Below are positions 18,442 through 29,275 of a stretch of 64,000 nucleotides of DNA, piece after piece. The position numbers and the translations under genes were made by a program. A model generated the notes under the pieces. The model was not told the origin of the DNA and did not search any database. It worked only from the letters and a program-made list of their open reading frames with translations. Each line of letters starts with the position of its first letter. Position 1 is the stretch's first letter. Origin of the DNA: Bacteroidales bacterium (GTDB taxonomy: Bacteria; Bacteroidota; Bacteroidia; Bacteroidales; GCA-2748055); contig JBBDUV010000047.1 of the NCBI GenBank assembly GCA_040903745.1, positions 3,779 through 67,778 of the forward strand, written 5' to 3'.

Positions 18442-19563
18442 ATGAATACACTCTTCACATTATTGCGTAAGGAGTTCAGACAGATTTTCAGGAACAAGTT
18501 CATGCTGCCTGTGATCTTTGTCATTCCCATTGTTCAAATGGTAATCCTGGTGTACGCAGCCAGCCTCGATATGAAAAACATTGATATGGTGGTGGTGGAC
18601 CACGACCGATCCATGGCCTCGCGCAGACTCATATCCAAGTTCGCGGGTTCGCCGTTCTTTACCCTGAAAGGAACCACCTTTGAATACAAGGAGGCAGAAC
18701 GGATGATCATCCGTGACCAGGCCGATGTCGTACTGCGGATTGAGAAAGGATTTGAAGCTGATTTGTATTCAGAGAGTCAGACCGAATGCCAGTTGATTAT
18801 CAATGCGATCAATGCAACCGAGGCCGGGTTGATCAATGCCTATTCCGGACGGATCATCAGTGATTTCAACCTGGCGATCCGCACCGAATGGTTTGGAATA
18901 AACCGCGACGGAATGATGTTGAAAATCGATATTTCCACTGCATACTGGTTCAATCCGCTGATGGATTACAAGATCTATATGTTTTCCGGGATCCTGGTGA
19001 TCGTGGTGACCATGATCGGGATGCTGCTAACTGCCTTGAATCTTGTAAGGGAAAAAGAGCTTGGTACCGCTGAACAGATGAATGTCACCCCGATGAAAAA
19101 ATACCAGTTCATCGTGGCAAAGCTACTTCCCTTCTGGATCATTGCCATGTTTGAATTGTCATTCGGACTGGTTCTAGGACACCTGTTGTTTAACCTGCCA
19201 GTGGAAGGAAGCCTGCTGTTGTTGTTCGGATTTGCTTCGGTATATGTCATTGTGGTCCTGTCAATCGGACTGTTCTTTTCCACATTTTCATCCACCCAGC
19301 AACAGCTGATGTTCGTTGCATTTTTCTTTATGATCACCTTTATCCTGATGAGCGGGGTGTTTACACCCCAGGAGAGCATGCCAGTGTGGGCGCAGAAGCT
19401 CAACGTGATCAATCCGGTGGCCTATTTCATGCGTGTGATCCGCATGGTGTTGCTGAAGGGGTCGGGAATCGCCGATATCGGCCGCGATCTTGCGGGCATC
19501 AGTATTTATGCTGTGTTGATTCTGACACTCGCCATCACCAATTACCGGAAAACGGCCACCTGA
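18442..19563 (+). CDS. ABC-2 type permease (YbhR-like)
   Basis: KEFRQIFR, REKELGTAEQ, LMSGVFTPQESMP. Confidence 0.9.
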   Translation: MNTLFTLLRKEFRQIFRNKFMLPVIFVIPIVQMVILVYAASLDMKNIDMVVVDHDRSMASRRLISKFAGSPFFTLKGTTFEYKEAERMIIRDQADVVLRIEKGFEADLYSESQTECQLIINAINATEAGLINAYSGRIISDFNLAIRTEWFGINRDGMMLKIDISTAYWFNPLMDYKIYMFSGILVIVVTMIGMLLTALNLVREKELGTAEQMNVTPMKKYQFIVAKLLPFWIIAMFELSFGLVLGHLLFNLPVEGSLLLLFGFASVYVIVVLSIGLFFSTFSSTQQQLMFVAFFFMITFILMSGVFTPQESMPVWAQKLNVINPVAYFMRVIRMVLLKGSGIADIGRDLAGISIYAVLILTLAITNYRKTAT

Positions 19564-19720
19564 TTACACAGGTCCATCCAGGTTTATCATCAGGTTATTG
19601 TCTGCCGGAGGAAGATCTGAATAAAGACTTTTGATCAACTTCTTCTTAAAAAAATTATCACCCTGGGGGCGTCAAACCTGCCTGCTGTTAAATAAATTAC
19701 TGGCCCCTCCCAGTAAAGAA

Positions 19721-20398
19721 TCAGTCCGGTTTATTCTTATTGTTCCAAACCACAATCTGGTAGGGCCAGAAAAGGTATTTGAATGGATATACAAGAAAGT
19801 GCATAAAACGGGTAAAAGGTATCATACCTATCAGAATAAAAGCAGATACGATGTGAAGCTGCACCATAAAAGGCATCGCAACAACTCCTGCAGGATCAGG
19901 GTTCAATTTGAAAACCGACCAGAGATAGGGTGTTAAAACTGTAGCGAACCAGGAAGAACCCCATCTGAAAAAGAATGCAATCCACAGACCAGAGATCACC
20001 TGAACCATGAGGAGAACATATACAAATATATCCATGTTGGTGGTTACCACATGGAGTCTCTTGTTCCTGATACGCCTCCTGATGAGCAAAAGCAGTCCGG
20101 CCAGCAAAAGTAACCCAAAGGCAAAAGCGGTGATCTCCAGAATAAACAGCCGCAGGGGAACCCGGTTCCAGGCCAGCACTGACCGCGGTGTAAGAAATGC
20201 TGTGAGATGACCAAAAAACAGAAAGATCAACCCCCAGTGAAAAGGTCTGTTGCCAAAATAGAGTTCCCTGGTCTCAAGAAACTGGCTTGAAAGAGATGAA
20301 ACCTGAAAACCCGAGAACAGGTATCTGCGAATACTGCCCAGCAACAAGGAGAGAATCGCCAGGTAGGGTAATACTGCAAATAAAAATGAACCGCTCAT
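19721..20398 (-). CDS. narI: Respiratory nitrate reductase gamma subunit (diheme b)
   Basis: LPY, SSLSSQFLE, FHWG..FFGH, LHIVS..IPFTRFMH heme-b histidines. Confidence 0.95.
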   Translation of the reverse strand: MSGSFLFAVLPYLAILSLLLGSIRRYLFSGFQVSSLSSQFLETRELYFGNRPFHWGLIFLFFGHLTAFLTPRSVLAWNRVPLRLFILEITAFAFGLLLLAGLLLLIRRRIRNKRLHVVTTNMDIFVYVLLMVQVISGLWIAFFFRWGSSWFATVLTPYLWSVFKLNPDPAGVVAMPFMVQLHIVSAFILIGMIPFTRFMHFLVYPFKYLFWPYQIVVWNNKNKPD

Positions 20399-20423
20399 AG
20401 CATCTTTTTTTTAGTTCCTCATG

Positions 20424-21023
20424 TTATCTGATATCTCTCCATTGTGGCAAACAGGTAAACTGCTCCGCCTTTTGCTGTGTACTGAAATCGAACTCCTCAA
20501 ACTGTGAATCCGGAAATTCCAACTCCATAATTTTTAGTAAGACGCGAAGCATACCTTTATATACATTACCATCAGAATGAAATGACTCAATCATTTTTCT
20601 TATGGCAGGGATCATCAGGGAGACAATCATCTCTTCTGCCAGGCTTGTCTCGCTCAGCATAGGGAGCAATGTTAGTATATTGGGCAGATGATCGGGCAGT
20701 TCATTGCCACAGTCGTTGCCGGCATTTTCCTGCTCCTGCTTTATATGTGACAAAAAGACTCCGCGGTTGTAATCCTCCCCATACAATACATAACCTATAT
20801 CGAGATAACAAAGCGCCTGAACATCAAACGTGCTGATATAATACTCCTGCTGTTCCTCAATAGTTTTTCTGGTAGTATGGGAAATATACTCCTCCACGGC
20901 CGGATCAGGATCGGATATAATCTCCCCGGTAATCCTTCTTAATTCTCCGGGGTAATCCGGCTTTAAGGGTGCTGGATATCTGAACACCTCAGCCAAAATA
21001 GTATAATGCGTTAAATCCCTCAT
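20424..21023 (-). CDS. narJ: Nitrate reductase molybdenum cofactor assembly chaperone
   Basis: EYYISTFD, LYGEDYNRG, ELPDHL; located between narH and narI. Confidence 0.88.
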   Translation of the reverse strand: MRDLTHYTILAEVFRYPAPLKPDYPGELRRITGEIISDPDPAVEEYISHTTRKTIEEQQEYYISTFDVQALCYLDIGYVLYGEDYNRGVFLSHIKQEQENAGNDCGNELPDHLPNILTLLPMLSETSLAEEMIVSLMIPAIRKMIESFHSDGNVYKGMLRVLLKIMELEFPDSQFEEFDFSTQQKAEQFTCLPQWRDIR

Positions 21024-21024
21024 C

Positions 21025-22518
21025 TTACAATCCCCTTTTGGGTTTCTTTAAAAAACCAAATCCTGTGTTTCCCCGGTGGACATGCGTATCTTCCATCATT
21101 TCGATTGCCTCCTCCCTATGAGCCGGAGGTATCACAAACCTGTCCTCCAGTTTGGCTAGTGAGGTCAAGCTGTAAATATTATCAGCGATTTCGGTGGTCA
21201 AATCCGACTCCTGCAGCCGTCTTTTCACTTCAGAAACATCCATATCTCCAACCGTTACGGACCGGCGATGAAGGCGTACGCCCATCATTTTTTTGAGAAT
21301 CCTACTGATGGTGGTTACATCGCCCACACTAAATAAACTGGCAAGGTATTCCAGTGGAAGGCGGGATTGATCCATATCATCCCAGATCGACAATCCGGTT
21401 GAATCATATTTGTCCTGCTCTGTCATCTGCGCCATGGCTGGCAAAAGCGGCATTACATAGAACAGATTGGGTAATGTACGAAACTCCGGATGCAGCGGTA
21501 AAGCAAGACCCCACTCCTTTACATATTTCCAGACAGGCGATTTTTGTGCAGCCTGAATCGTGGAATCGGCAATCCCTGCCTTTCTGGCAGCAGCAATAAT
21601 CTCCGGATCATTGGGATCCAGGTAAATATCAAGCTGTTTTTCAATCAGTTCCTTCTCATCGCAGGAGGCTATCTGCTCAATCTTATCGGCATCATACAAC
21701 ATCACACCCAGGTAACGGATCCGACCCACACAGGAATGCATGCAATTAGGGGCCTGACCGGTCTCGACCCGGGGGTAACAAAGAATACACTTCTCCGATT
21801 TACCGGTCTGCCAGTTGTAATATACCTTTTTATACGGACAGGCAGAGACACACATTCTCCAGCCACGACATCGCTCCTGGTTGACCAATACGATACCGTC
21901 CTCCCCTCTCTTGTATAAAGCTCCGGAAGGACAAGCACCCACACAGGCTGGATTCAGGCAGTGGTTACAGATCCTGGGAAGATAAAACATCACCATCCTT
22001 TCTAATTGGAACATGGCATCTCTTACAGCCGGGGAAAGATCCTTCATGTTCACATCCTTCCGGGCGTACTCAGGCGATCCCCCGAGATCATCATCCCAGT
22101 TGGGACCCGACCGGGGAGTCATCTTTTCTCCCGTGACCATGGATACAGGTTCGGCGGTAGGCTGGTCCTCCCCTTCAGGTGAATCCATCAGTTTCTCATA
22201 CTGATAGTTCCACGGTTCGTAGTAATCGTCCATCGTAGGCATATGGGTGTTGTGAAACAATTTTGCAAGTCCCCTGATTTTTCCCGCACCCTTTAATTCG
22301 ACAGATTTATTGTTCTTTACCCATCCGCCCTTGTAGATCTCCTGATCCTCCCAATTATCAGGATATCCGGTGCCCGGCTTCGTCTCCACATTGTTCCACC
22401 ACATGTATTCGGCACCCTTCCTGTCTGTCCAGGTATTCTTACAGGCAATGGAACAGGTATGACACCCGATACACTTGTCGAGGTGAAATACCATTGAAAT
22501 TTGCGATCGTATATTCAT
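21025..22518 (-). CDS. narH: Respiratory nitrate reductase beta subunit
   Basis: LDKCIGCHTCSIACK, WNNVETKPG, LPRICNHCLNPACV, CRGWRMC, KSEKCILCYPR. Confidence 0.97.
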   Translation of the reverse strand: MNIRSQISMVFHLDKCIGCHTCSIACKNTWTDRKGAEYMWWNNVETKPGTGYPDNWEDQEIYKGGWVKNNKSVELKGAGKIRGLAKLFHNTHMPTMDDYYEPWNYQYEKLMDSPEGEDQPTAEPVSMVTGEKMTPRSGPNWDDDLGGSPEYARKDVNMKDLSPAVRDAMFQLERMVMFYLPRICNHCLNPACVGACPSGALYKRGEDGIVLVNQERCRGWRMCVSACPYKKVYYNWQTGKSEKCILCYPRVETGQAPNCMHSCVGRIRYLGVMLYDADKIEQIASCDEKELIEKQLDIYLDPNDPEIIAAARKAGIADSTIQAAQKSPVWKYVKEWGLALPLHPEFRTLPNLFYVMPLLPAMAQMTEQDKYDSTGLSIWDDMDQSRLPLEYLASLFSVGDVTTISRILKKMMGVRLHRRSVTVGDMDVSEVKRRLQESDLTTEIADNIYSLTSLAKLEDRFVIPPAHREEAIEMMEDTHVHRGNTGFGFLKKPKRGL

Positions 22519-22534
22519 AACAAACTGCGGGTTT

Positions 22535-25500
22535 TTAAAAATTTACCTGATCCATCTTTTTCACATACACAAACGTATCCCGGTTTACTCCAACAGGTCC
22601 CCAGTAATTGATGTGGTACGTAAACTGACCGTAACCCCCAATTAAGAGATTGGGTTTCAGATGCACCCTGGTAAGACTGTTGTGCCCGCCGGCACGCCTG
22701 TTCCCACGGCTGGGCGATTTCGGAATGGAATAGGTGCGCTCGGGTGAATGATAAATAATGCAAATTCCCCTGGGTATGCGCACACTTACACAGGCTCGGG
22801 TACAATAAACGCCATTGTCATTCAGTACCTCTACCCAATCGTTATCTTTAATTCCCAAATCTTCAGCATCCTTCTCACTGAGCCAGCAGGGTTCCATTCC
22901 ACGGGAAAGGGTAAGCATACGGAGGGTGTCTCCATAGGTGGAATGTATATGCCATTTGCCGTGCGGCGTGAGTACATTCAATAGTTTGGCATTGCCCTCC
23001 TGAATCGTTTTACGCAATTCGCCATAGAGTTCCGGCTTAGGAGAGGGTTTGTATGTGGGAAGACTTTCTCCAAACAAAATATATCCCTGATGATCCAGAT
23101 AAAAATGCTGTCTTCCTGTCAGTGTTCTCCAGGGTACCAAATGCTCTATATTAAATGAAAAGGCAGAATATGCCCTTCCGTTCTGCATGAGTCCGGACCA
23201 CAATGGTGAATTCAGAAGCCTTCGTGGCTGTGACAGCAGGTCTTTGTAATTGAGCGTAAATTCATTGTTCGTGGGCCGCAGACTGCTAAGATCAAGTCCG
23301 GTGTTTCTTTCGGCAGTTTGGTATGCCCTCTCACTTAGCTTGCCATTGGTGAGCGATGACAAAAGTAATACCGCATCAATCGCATCAACATCCTCTTTGA
23401 TGGAGGGATAGACTTTTCCATCAATGGTGTTGACCGGCTTTTCTTCCTCAAGCAACTGGTCGTAGAAATCTTCGCATTTAAATGAAACCCCATGCGCACC
23501 TACACCGTCTCTAACCTGATCGCCCAGGCTGATAAAACGGTCATATAACTTTGTGTAATCCCGTTCAACGGTAACAATGTGATGCATGGTTTTTCCAGGG
23601 ATGGGATCACACTCCCCTGTAAACCAATCTTTTATTTCAGGTTGGGATATCTCTCCAGGTGAATCATGACTGATCGGTTGGTTAACAATATCAAGTTTTG
23701 GTTCCGGCATATGCTTTTTGGCAGTTTTACTGGTAACCCTGGCAATTTCCCTGAAGATCTCCCAATCGGTTTTTGACTCCCAGACCGGCGGAATAGCTGC
23801 AGACAGGGGATGAATGAACGAGTGCATATCGGTACTGTTCAGATCGGCCTTCTCATACCAGGAGGCTGCTGGCAGAACGATGTCAGAATAGAGTGCAGAT
23901 GTATCCATCCGGAAGTTCAGATCCACTACCAGATCCATCTTTCCTTCCGGCGCCTGCTCCTTCCATTCGATCTCCTTCACAAACTCTTTTGCCACCTCAT
24001 CGGCGATCTCATTGTGATGTGTGCCCAGGTAATGCTTCAAAAAGTATTCATGCCCCTTTGCACTGGACATCAGAGCGTTTCCTCTCCAGATAAACCATAC
24101 CCGTGGAAAATTGCTCTCATTGTCAGGATCGCTTACCGAATACTTTAGCTTTCCCTCCTTTAATTGTCCGATAATATGATCCTGCATCTGTTTTAGATCC
24201 TTTGCACCAGCCTTTTTTGCTTCTTCCGCTATTTCAAAGCTGTTTCTGTCGTACTGCGGATAGAAGGGCATCCATCCATTGCGCACAGATTTGGCAATAA
24301 GATCCGCGGAATGCTGGGAGGAAAAATCATTTTTTGGCACCGTATTGTAATCGGCCTGGTTTCCGTCATAGCGCCACTGGTCCGAATGGATATAATGCCA
24401 GATGGGTGTTTGCTGAAACCTCGCGGGTATCTTCCAATCCTTTGCCGACATGATGGTACCCCATGAATCCTGCGGTGCAAGCTTCTCCTGTCCCACATAG
24501 TGATTCATCCCACCACCGTTTACTCCAATGCAACCGGTAAGCATAAGCGACATGGTTGCCGCACGGTAAATAAGGTTGCTGTGGTACCAGTGGTTGACCC
24601 CTGCGCCGATGATAACCATGCACTTTCCGTCCGTTGCTTTCGCGGTATTGTACCATTCGCGGGCAAACCGAAGGACCGTCTCTGAACTGATACCGGTATG
24701 GATCTCCTGCCAGGCCGGGGTATACACCGCAGATGCATCATCGTAACCACCAGGGTACCCACCCGCTTGTCCGCGATCAATGCCAAATTGTGCCATGATC
24801 AGATCATATACAGTAGTATAAACTACCTTTTTACCATTTGTCTGAAGATACCTGACAGGCACACCCCTTTTAAACTTCTGCTGCTGGTCAAACCTCGTGA
24901 ATTCCACCTGAAGGATTTCATCATTTTCATCGATCAGACTCAGTAAGGGGGTATATTCTTCGCCTGTCTCCCCATCCCTGTACTGCAGGTTCCAGTTTCC
25001 CTTTTGTTCCTGCCAACGGTGACCGGAACTGCCGCGCGGACAGACCATCCTGCCCGACTTTTCATCAATATTGAGGAATTTCCAATCACTATTTTCAATA
25101 TCCCTGTATTGGTCCAATATATTGGCCCTGAGCAGTTTTCCAGCTACATACTCCCCCTCCTCCATGTACAATTCGACAAGAAAAGGAGAATCGGTGTATT
25201 TTTTCACGTACTCAATGAAATAGGGAACCTGCTGCTCTACATGCGCTTCCTTCAGGATGACATGTGTTACTGCCATCCAGAAAGCCCCGTCCTGACCGGC
25301 ATGAACCGGGACCCACTGATCGGCATATTTGGCAACCATACTGAAGTCGGGCGAGAACACCACGGTCTTGGTTCCATTATGACGCGATTCGGAAAAGAAG
25401 TGCACATCAGGTGTACGGGTCATGCCCAGATTGGCTCCCATTACTGCCACAAACTTCGCATTGTACCAATCGGCACTCTCACCAACATCCGTCTGTTCGC

Positions 25501-26146
25501 CCCATATTTCCGGAAAGGAATTTGGCAGGTCACAATACCAGTCGTAAAAGCTCAGGTTAACACCACCAAAAAGCTGCAGAAACCTTGATCCGGCTGCAAA
25601 ACTCATCATCGACATCGCTGGTATGGGGGAAAATCCCACCACCCGGTCCGGGCCATACTTTTTTGCAGTATAAATATTGGCCGCCCCGATTATTTCCAGC
25701 GCCTCTTCCCATCCGATCCGGCGAAACCCACCCTTGCCCCGGGCCTTTTGATAACGCATTCTCTTCTCCGGGTTTTCCTGCAAACCCTTCCAGGCCAGAA
25801 AAGCATCCCCTGTCTTCTCCTTTTCTGCTCTGAACAGGTCGATAAGCGCTCCCCTTATCATCGGGTATTTTACCCTGACCGGGCTGTACAAATACCACGA
25901 AAAGGAGATCCCGCGCTGACAACCACGGGGTTCATAATGTGGCAGGGACTTTTCAAGCAGAGGGTAATCAAGTGCCTGTGATTCCCAAACCACGATGCCG
26001 TTTTTTACATGAATGTTCCAGCTACAGCCACCCGTACAGTTTACCCCATGTGTGCTTCGCACCGTCTTGTCATGCTGCCAGCGATTGCGGTAGAATTCTT
26101 CCCATTTACGGAATTTGGGAGAAACCATGTCTTTGATCCAACTCAT
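22535..26146 (-). CDS. narG: Respiratory nitrate reductase alpha subunit (cytoplasm-facing, no Tat signal)
   Basis: [56 protein letters not shown]. Confidence 0.97.
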   Translation of the reverse strand: MSWIKDMVSPKFRKWEEFYRNRWQHDKTVRSTHGVNCTGGCSWNIHVKNGIVVWESQALDYPLLEKSLPHYEPRGCQRGISFSWYLYSPVRVKYPMIRGALIDLFRAEKEKTGDAFLAWKGLQENPEKRMRYQKARGKGGFRRIGWEEALEIIGAANIYTAKKYGPDRVVGFSPIPAMSMMSFAAGSRFLQLFGGVNLSFYDWYCDLPNSFPEIWGEQTDVGESADWYNAKFVAVMGANLGMTRTPDVHFFSESRHNGTKTVVFSPDFSMVAKYADQWVPVHAGQDGAFWMAVTHVILKEAHVEQQVPYFIEYVKKYTDSPFLVELYMEEGEYVAGKLLRANILDQYRDIENSDWKFLNIDEKSGRMVCPRGSSGHRWQEQKGNWNLQYRDGETGEEYTPLLSLIDENDEILQVEFTRFDQQQKFKRGVPVRYLQTNGKKVVYTTVYDLIMAQFGIDRGQAGGYPGGYDDASAVYTPAWQEIHTGISSETVLRFAREWYNTAKATDGKCMVIIGAGVNHWYHSNLIYRAATMSLMLTGCIGVNGGGMNHYVGQEKLAPQDSWGTIMSAKDWKIPARFQQTPIWHYIHSDQWRYDGNQADYNTVPKNDFSSQHSADLIAKSVRNGWMPFYPQYDRNSFEIAEEAKKAGAKDLKQMQDHIIGQLKEGKLKYSVSDPDNESNFPRVWFIWRGNALMSSAKGHEYFLKHYLGTHHNEIADEVAKEFVKEIEWKEQAPEGKMDLVVDLNFRMDTSALYSDIVLPAASWYEKADLNSTDMHSFIHPLSAAIPPVWESKTDWEIFREIARVTSKTAKKHMPEPKLDIVNQPISHDSPGEISQPEIKDWFTGECDPIPGKTMHHIVTVERDYTKLYDRFISLGDQVRDGVGAHGVSFKCEDFYDQLLEEEKPVNTIDGKVYPSIKEDVDAIDAVLLLSSLTNGKLSERAYQTAERNTGLDLSSLRPTNNEFTLNYKDLLSQPRRLLNSPLWSGLMQNGRAYSAFSFNIEHLVPWRTLTGRQHFYLDHQGYILFGESLPTYKPSPKPELYGELRKTIQEGNAKLLNVLTPHGKWHIHSTYGDTLRMLTLSRGMEPCWLSEKDAEDLGIKDNDWVEVLNDNGVYCTRACVSVRIPRGICIIYHSPERTYSIPKSPSRGNRRAGGHNSLTRVHLKPNLLIGGYGQFTYHINYWGPVGVNRDTFVYVKKMDQVNF

Positions 26147-26155
26147 AAGCTTATC

Positions 26156-27016
26156 TTATTTATCGACGATTCTCTTCTTAAACGGAATCTTCCTGTTATC
26201 GTAGAGAATATATATATGTACAACAATTACAATCGCGAGCACAAAGCCCAACATCAGAAAAACAGGACCATCGCTCAAATTCTTTGGTGCCCCGGTATGC
26301 CTGTCATTCAAAAAATGAAGGAACGCGGTGACTGCTTCTTTTTCATCAGCAGTGATCTCAATATCGCTGTAAGCAGCCTTCATCGTGGGAAAGGGCGGAT
26401 TCGAAATGATCGCCTGGATACCGGCCCGACCCAAGCGCTCCCATGAATCAGTCAGGTCAATACCAAGCCTTCCCCCGGAAATCGTCGATCCGTCCTGCAA
26501 ACCGTGGCAAGCGCTACAGGGTGATGGACCATTTTTAAATTGGGTATGTCCATAGAACAGAGACTTCCCATCGCGTAAAAGATCTGAGGGATAACTCGCT
26601 GCTGAACGCGAAACGGAACTGTCGGGGGTAATTGCCTGACCGGTAATTGCCTGACCGGTTTTTTTGTCAATTCCGGAATCAATCTCCCTGATGTAATCAA
26701 TGATACTTAAAATTTCACGATCAGAGAAATTATTATCAGGCATCGGAATCCTGTTGTAAGCTTCATAAAGTGATACTGCAAGAGAATCACCCTCCTTGAT
26801 CATTTTCTGCGAGGACCGAATGAAACGGAGCAGCCACTCCTGTTCGCGGATTTCATGAATACCGGCAAGATCCGGTCCGACCAACCTGCCGCCGTTAATG
26901 GTATGGCAGGCTGCACATGTTGCCTTATACAGACTTTCACCATCGCTCTGTGCATATGCAGAATAACTATGGATAAACAGGATAAACACGACAGCCAAAA
27001 AACAACACTTTTTCAT
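26156..27016 (-). CDS. Membrane-anchored diheme c-type cytochrome (NarC-like)
   Basis: Signal peptide, CAACH and CSACH, candidate Met ligands (IPMP, FPTM), C-terminal TM helix; stop codon 9 bp upstream of the narG start. Confidence 0.85.
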   Translation of the reverse strand: MKKCCFLAVVFILFIHSYSAYAQSDGESLYKATCAACHTINGGRLVGPDLAGIHEIREQEWLLRFIRSSQKMIKEGDSLAVSLYEAYNRIPMPDNNFSDREILSIIDYIREIDSGIDKKTGQAITGQAITPDSSVSRSAASYPSDLLRDGKSLFYGHTQFKNGPSPCSACHGLQDGSTISGGRLGIDLTDSWERLGRAGIQAIISNPPFPTMKAAYSDIEITADEKEAVTAFLHFLNDRHTGAPKNLSDGPVFLMLGFVLAIVIVVHIYILYDNRKIPFKKRIVDK

Positions 27017-27052
27017 AACGGGTTACATTTGACTCACATACATTAACAGGAT

Positions 27053-27091
27053 TAAAATTAAAAAATAAAGTGATAAAATTATCATTTTATC
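27053..27091 (-). promoter_or_regulatory. Putative promoter and regulator site for narC-GHJI
   Basis: -7-like TAATTTTA (minus strand, 27053-27060) and near-palindrome TGATAAAATTATCA+TTTTATC at 27071-27091. Confidence 0.5.
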
Positions 27092-27284
27092 CATTATTCA
27101 TAATCATTATACATAATACCGGTTGCTATGGGTAGCAGTGTAGTGAATCCTTGCCTGCATCTTCCGGTTGCCAGTCGATCCATTCATTAGACGCAAAAGG
27201 CGTCCATCTGTTCCGGACCATGGAATTAAAGAATTGTACAGACAGATCCGGCGATTGCAGAGTAATTATATTTTTGGAGTGCAT

Positions 27285-28556
27285 CTATTGCCTGATCCTG
27301 CTTTTCATTAACATGTGGATAATAAGTATGTTCATTGCAGCCAGGGCCACAAAAACTAAAAAACCAAGAGCATAGCCGATGGTGCCGGATTGCTCGGCGA
27401 TAGCCCCCATCAATGGCGGAATGACAAATCCTCCAAACGCACCGAGTCCCCCAACCCAGCCAGCAGCACCACCAACCGCATTTGGAACGTACATGGGAAC
27501 GAGTTTGAAAATGGCCGCATTGGCATTTCCCATACCTGTCGCCAACAAAATTGCCAAAATAATTCCTGAAATGATGTTGTCCGAAATGGAGAGTCCCCCG
27601 GCGGCAATGAGAATGGTAAGCATAGATACCATAGCAACCCGTTCTCCACCAAATTTATCCGCCACCCTTCCTCCGATAACACGGACCAGTGAAGCCAATA
27701 TGGAAAATAGTGCCGTTAATAATCCTGCACTGACGATCGTAAGGTGCTGAAATTCACTCCAATAGATTGGGAACCATGCCGTAAGTGCAATGAACCCCCC
27801 GAAAGTCGTAAAATACAGGATGACCAATGCCCAGGTATTCTTGACCCGTGCAGAATTGACCAGGCTATCCTTCAAATTACCGGAAGGAAATATCTCCTGC
27901 CCCTTTTCCCGGGCCAGGTTAACAGCTTCGCCAACCGGCAAACCCCTCCTTCGGTACTGGAAATAATAGGCATTGACGCCTGTAATTGCATAAAGAATGG
28001 TGCCTGACAAAAGAAAAATAAACCATGCCAAATAGGCGGATATAAAACCGTAATGCACCAAAAACAGAGGAAGTACCATTGAAAATATACCCGGAGCAAG
28101 ATTCCCCAATCCACCAAAAGCCCCGAGGGCAATTCCCTGCTTTTTCCGCGGAAACCAATAGGATGTTTGGCCAATACCCACCGAAAATGTGGCGATGCCA
28201 CAGCCGCTCATGAAACCAAAAAGCAATACCAGCCAGTATAACCCACTCATGTCGTCCGGATAGGAGGTAAAAAGCAGCAATGTGATCCCTCCCAATCCAA
28301 GCACACTAACAGACATCAGTATCAGAAAAGGCATCTTTCCTCCGGTAGTCTCAACCCAGGCACCGAAAGGAATTCTTAACAGGGAGCCTGACAAAGAGGG
28401 TATTGCGATCAAAAATCCGACCATAACAGGAGTTAATTCCATTGCATCCCTGAAATGTATGGCAGTAGGCCCATACAGTGCAACTGCAGCAAATCCGAAA
28501 AAGAAACCGAGTGTTGTAGCGGTTAAAGCACTCCCCGGGGTACCTCTTAATTTCAT
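27285..28556 (-). CDS. narK: NarK-family nitrate/nitrite MFS transporter
   Basis: GSLLRIPFG, WFPRKKQGIALGAFGGLGNL, YFTTFGGF, GGAAGWVGGLGAFGGF nitrate signature motifs. Confidence 0.9.
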   Translation of the reverse strand: MKLRGTPGSALTATTLGFFFGFAAVALYGPTAIHFRDAMELTPVMVGFLIAIPSLSGSLLRIPFGAWVETTGGKMPFLILMSVSVLGLGGITLLLFTSYPDDMSGLYWLVLLFGFMSGCGIATFSVGIGQTSYWFPRKKQGIALGAFGGLGNLAPGIFSMVLPLFLVHYGFISAYLAWFIFLLSGTILYAITGVNAYYFQYRRRGLPVGEAVNLAREKGQEIFPSGNLKDSLVNSARVKNTWALVILYFTTFGGFIALTAWFPIYWSEFQHLTIVSAGLLTALFSILASLVRVIGGRVADKFGGERVAMVSMLTILIAAGGLSISDNIISGIILAILLATGMGNANAAIFKLVPMYVPNAVGGAAGWVGGLGAFGGFVIPPLMGAIAEQSGTIGYALGFLVFVALAAMNILIIHMLMKSRIRQ

Positions 28557-28605
28557 TAAATCAGCTGTTTTTATTGTTTAGAGAGCCAGTGTAAAGAATT
28601 TTTGT

Positions 28606-29130
28606 TCAACTAACTTTCTCGAACAACTTATCAAGAAAGGAATCGATATCACTTTCCAAAAATTGACTTAGGTTTATTTTAGAATAAGAAACCTCTACTT
28701 CAGCTTTCTTTTGTTCACTCAAAGCCTCTTCAGCCATTGGGTAAAGCACATTATCCTCTTTATAAATATGGTCCCGCAGGAGCATGCCGTAACCTCGGGC
28801 ATTTTCAATGATTGTTGTTGTATTATTCTCTGAAATACCTTGTTCCATGGCTTTTACAAATCCTCGTCCTTCATCATGTTCATACAGCATAACAGGAATA
28901 GGGTTGCAATGTAGCCCCTCCATATTTTCTAACATAGCTTTAAATAGAATGTCTTCTTCTTTGGCATGATGGAACTTGTCTGCATAATTTTTAATAAAAT
29001 CAATCACCTTCTTAAAGAAATCCAACTCTAAAGTTTTTCCGTTTTCAATTTCAGTGCATTCTTTTAGCATAGCATCAATAACTTTCAGAATAATTTGATG
29101 CTCGTCTGATAAAACTTTTGTAATGTTCAT
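28606..29130 (-). CDS. Hemerythrin-like (HHE cation-binding) protein
   Basis: EH, HHAKEE, EH and HIYKED di-iron ligand pattern. Confidence 0.88.
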   Translation of the reverse strand: MNITKVLSDEHQIILKVIDAMLKECTEIENGKTLELDFFKKVIDFIKNYADKFHHAKEEDILFKAMLENMEGLHCNPIPVMLYEHDEGRGFVKAMEQGISENNTTTIIENARGYGMLLRDHIYKEDNVLYPMAEEALSEQKKAEVEVSYSKINLSQFLESDIDSFLDKLFEKVS

Positions 29131-29275
29131 AGCTATTATTTAATTATTAGTTCATGCTCCAAACCAGTGCTTTATTAAACAGCATGTTCCCGCTTACATA
29201 CGTATGGTGCCGTTTTATAGTTAGCACTATCGATTTCTCCAATCCTTGTTTCAATAGATTCGATTTGTAAAAATA

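Noticed and set aside
22535-26146. Nitrite oxidoreductase or (per)chlorate reductase instead of NarG
   Set aside because: No Tat signal, and narH-narJ-narI plus narK context fits a cytoplasm-facing Nar; only a phylogeny would fully exclude a Nitrobacter-type NXR
27093-27111. Fur-box-like ATTATTCATAATCATTATA upstream of narC
   Set aside because: Partial match in very AT-rich DNA; cannot be distinguished from chance
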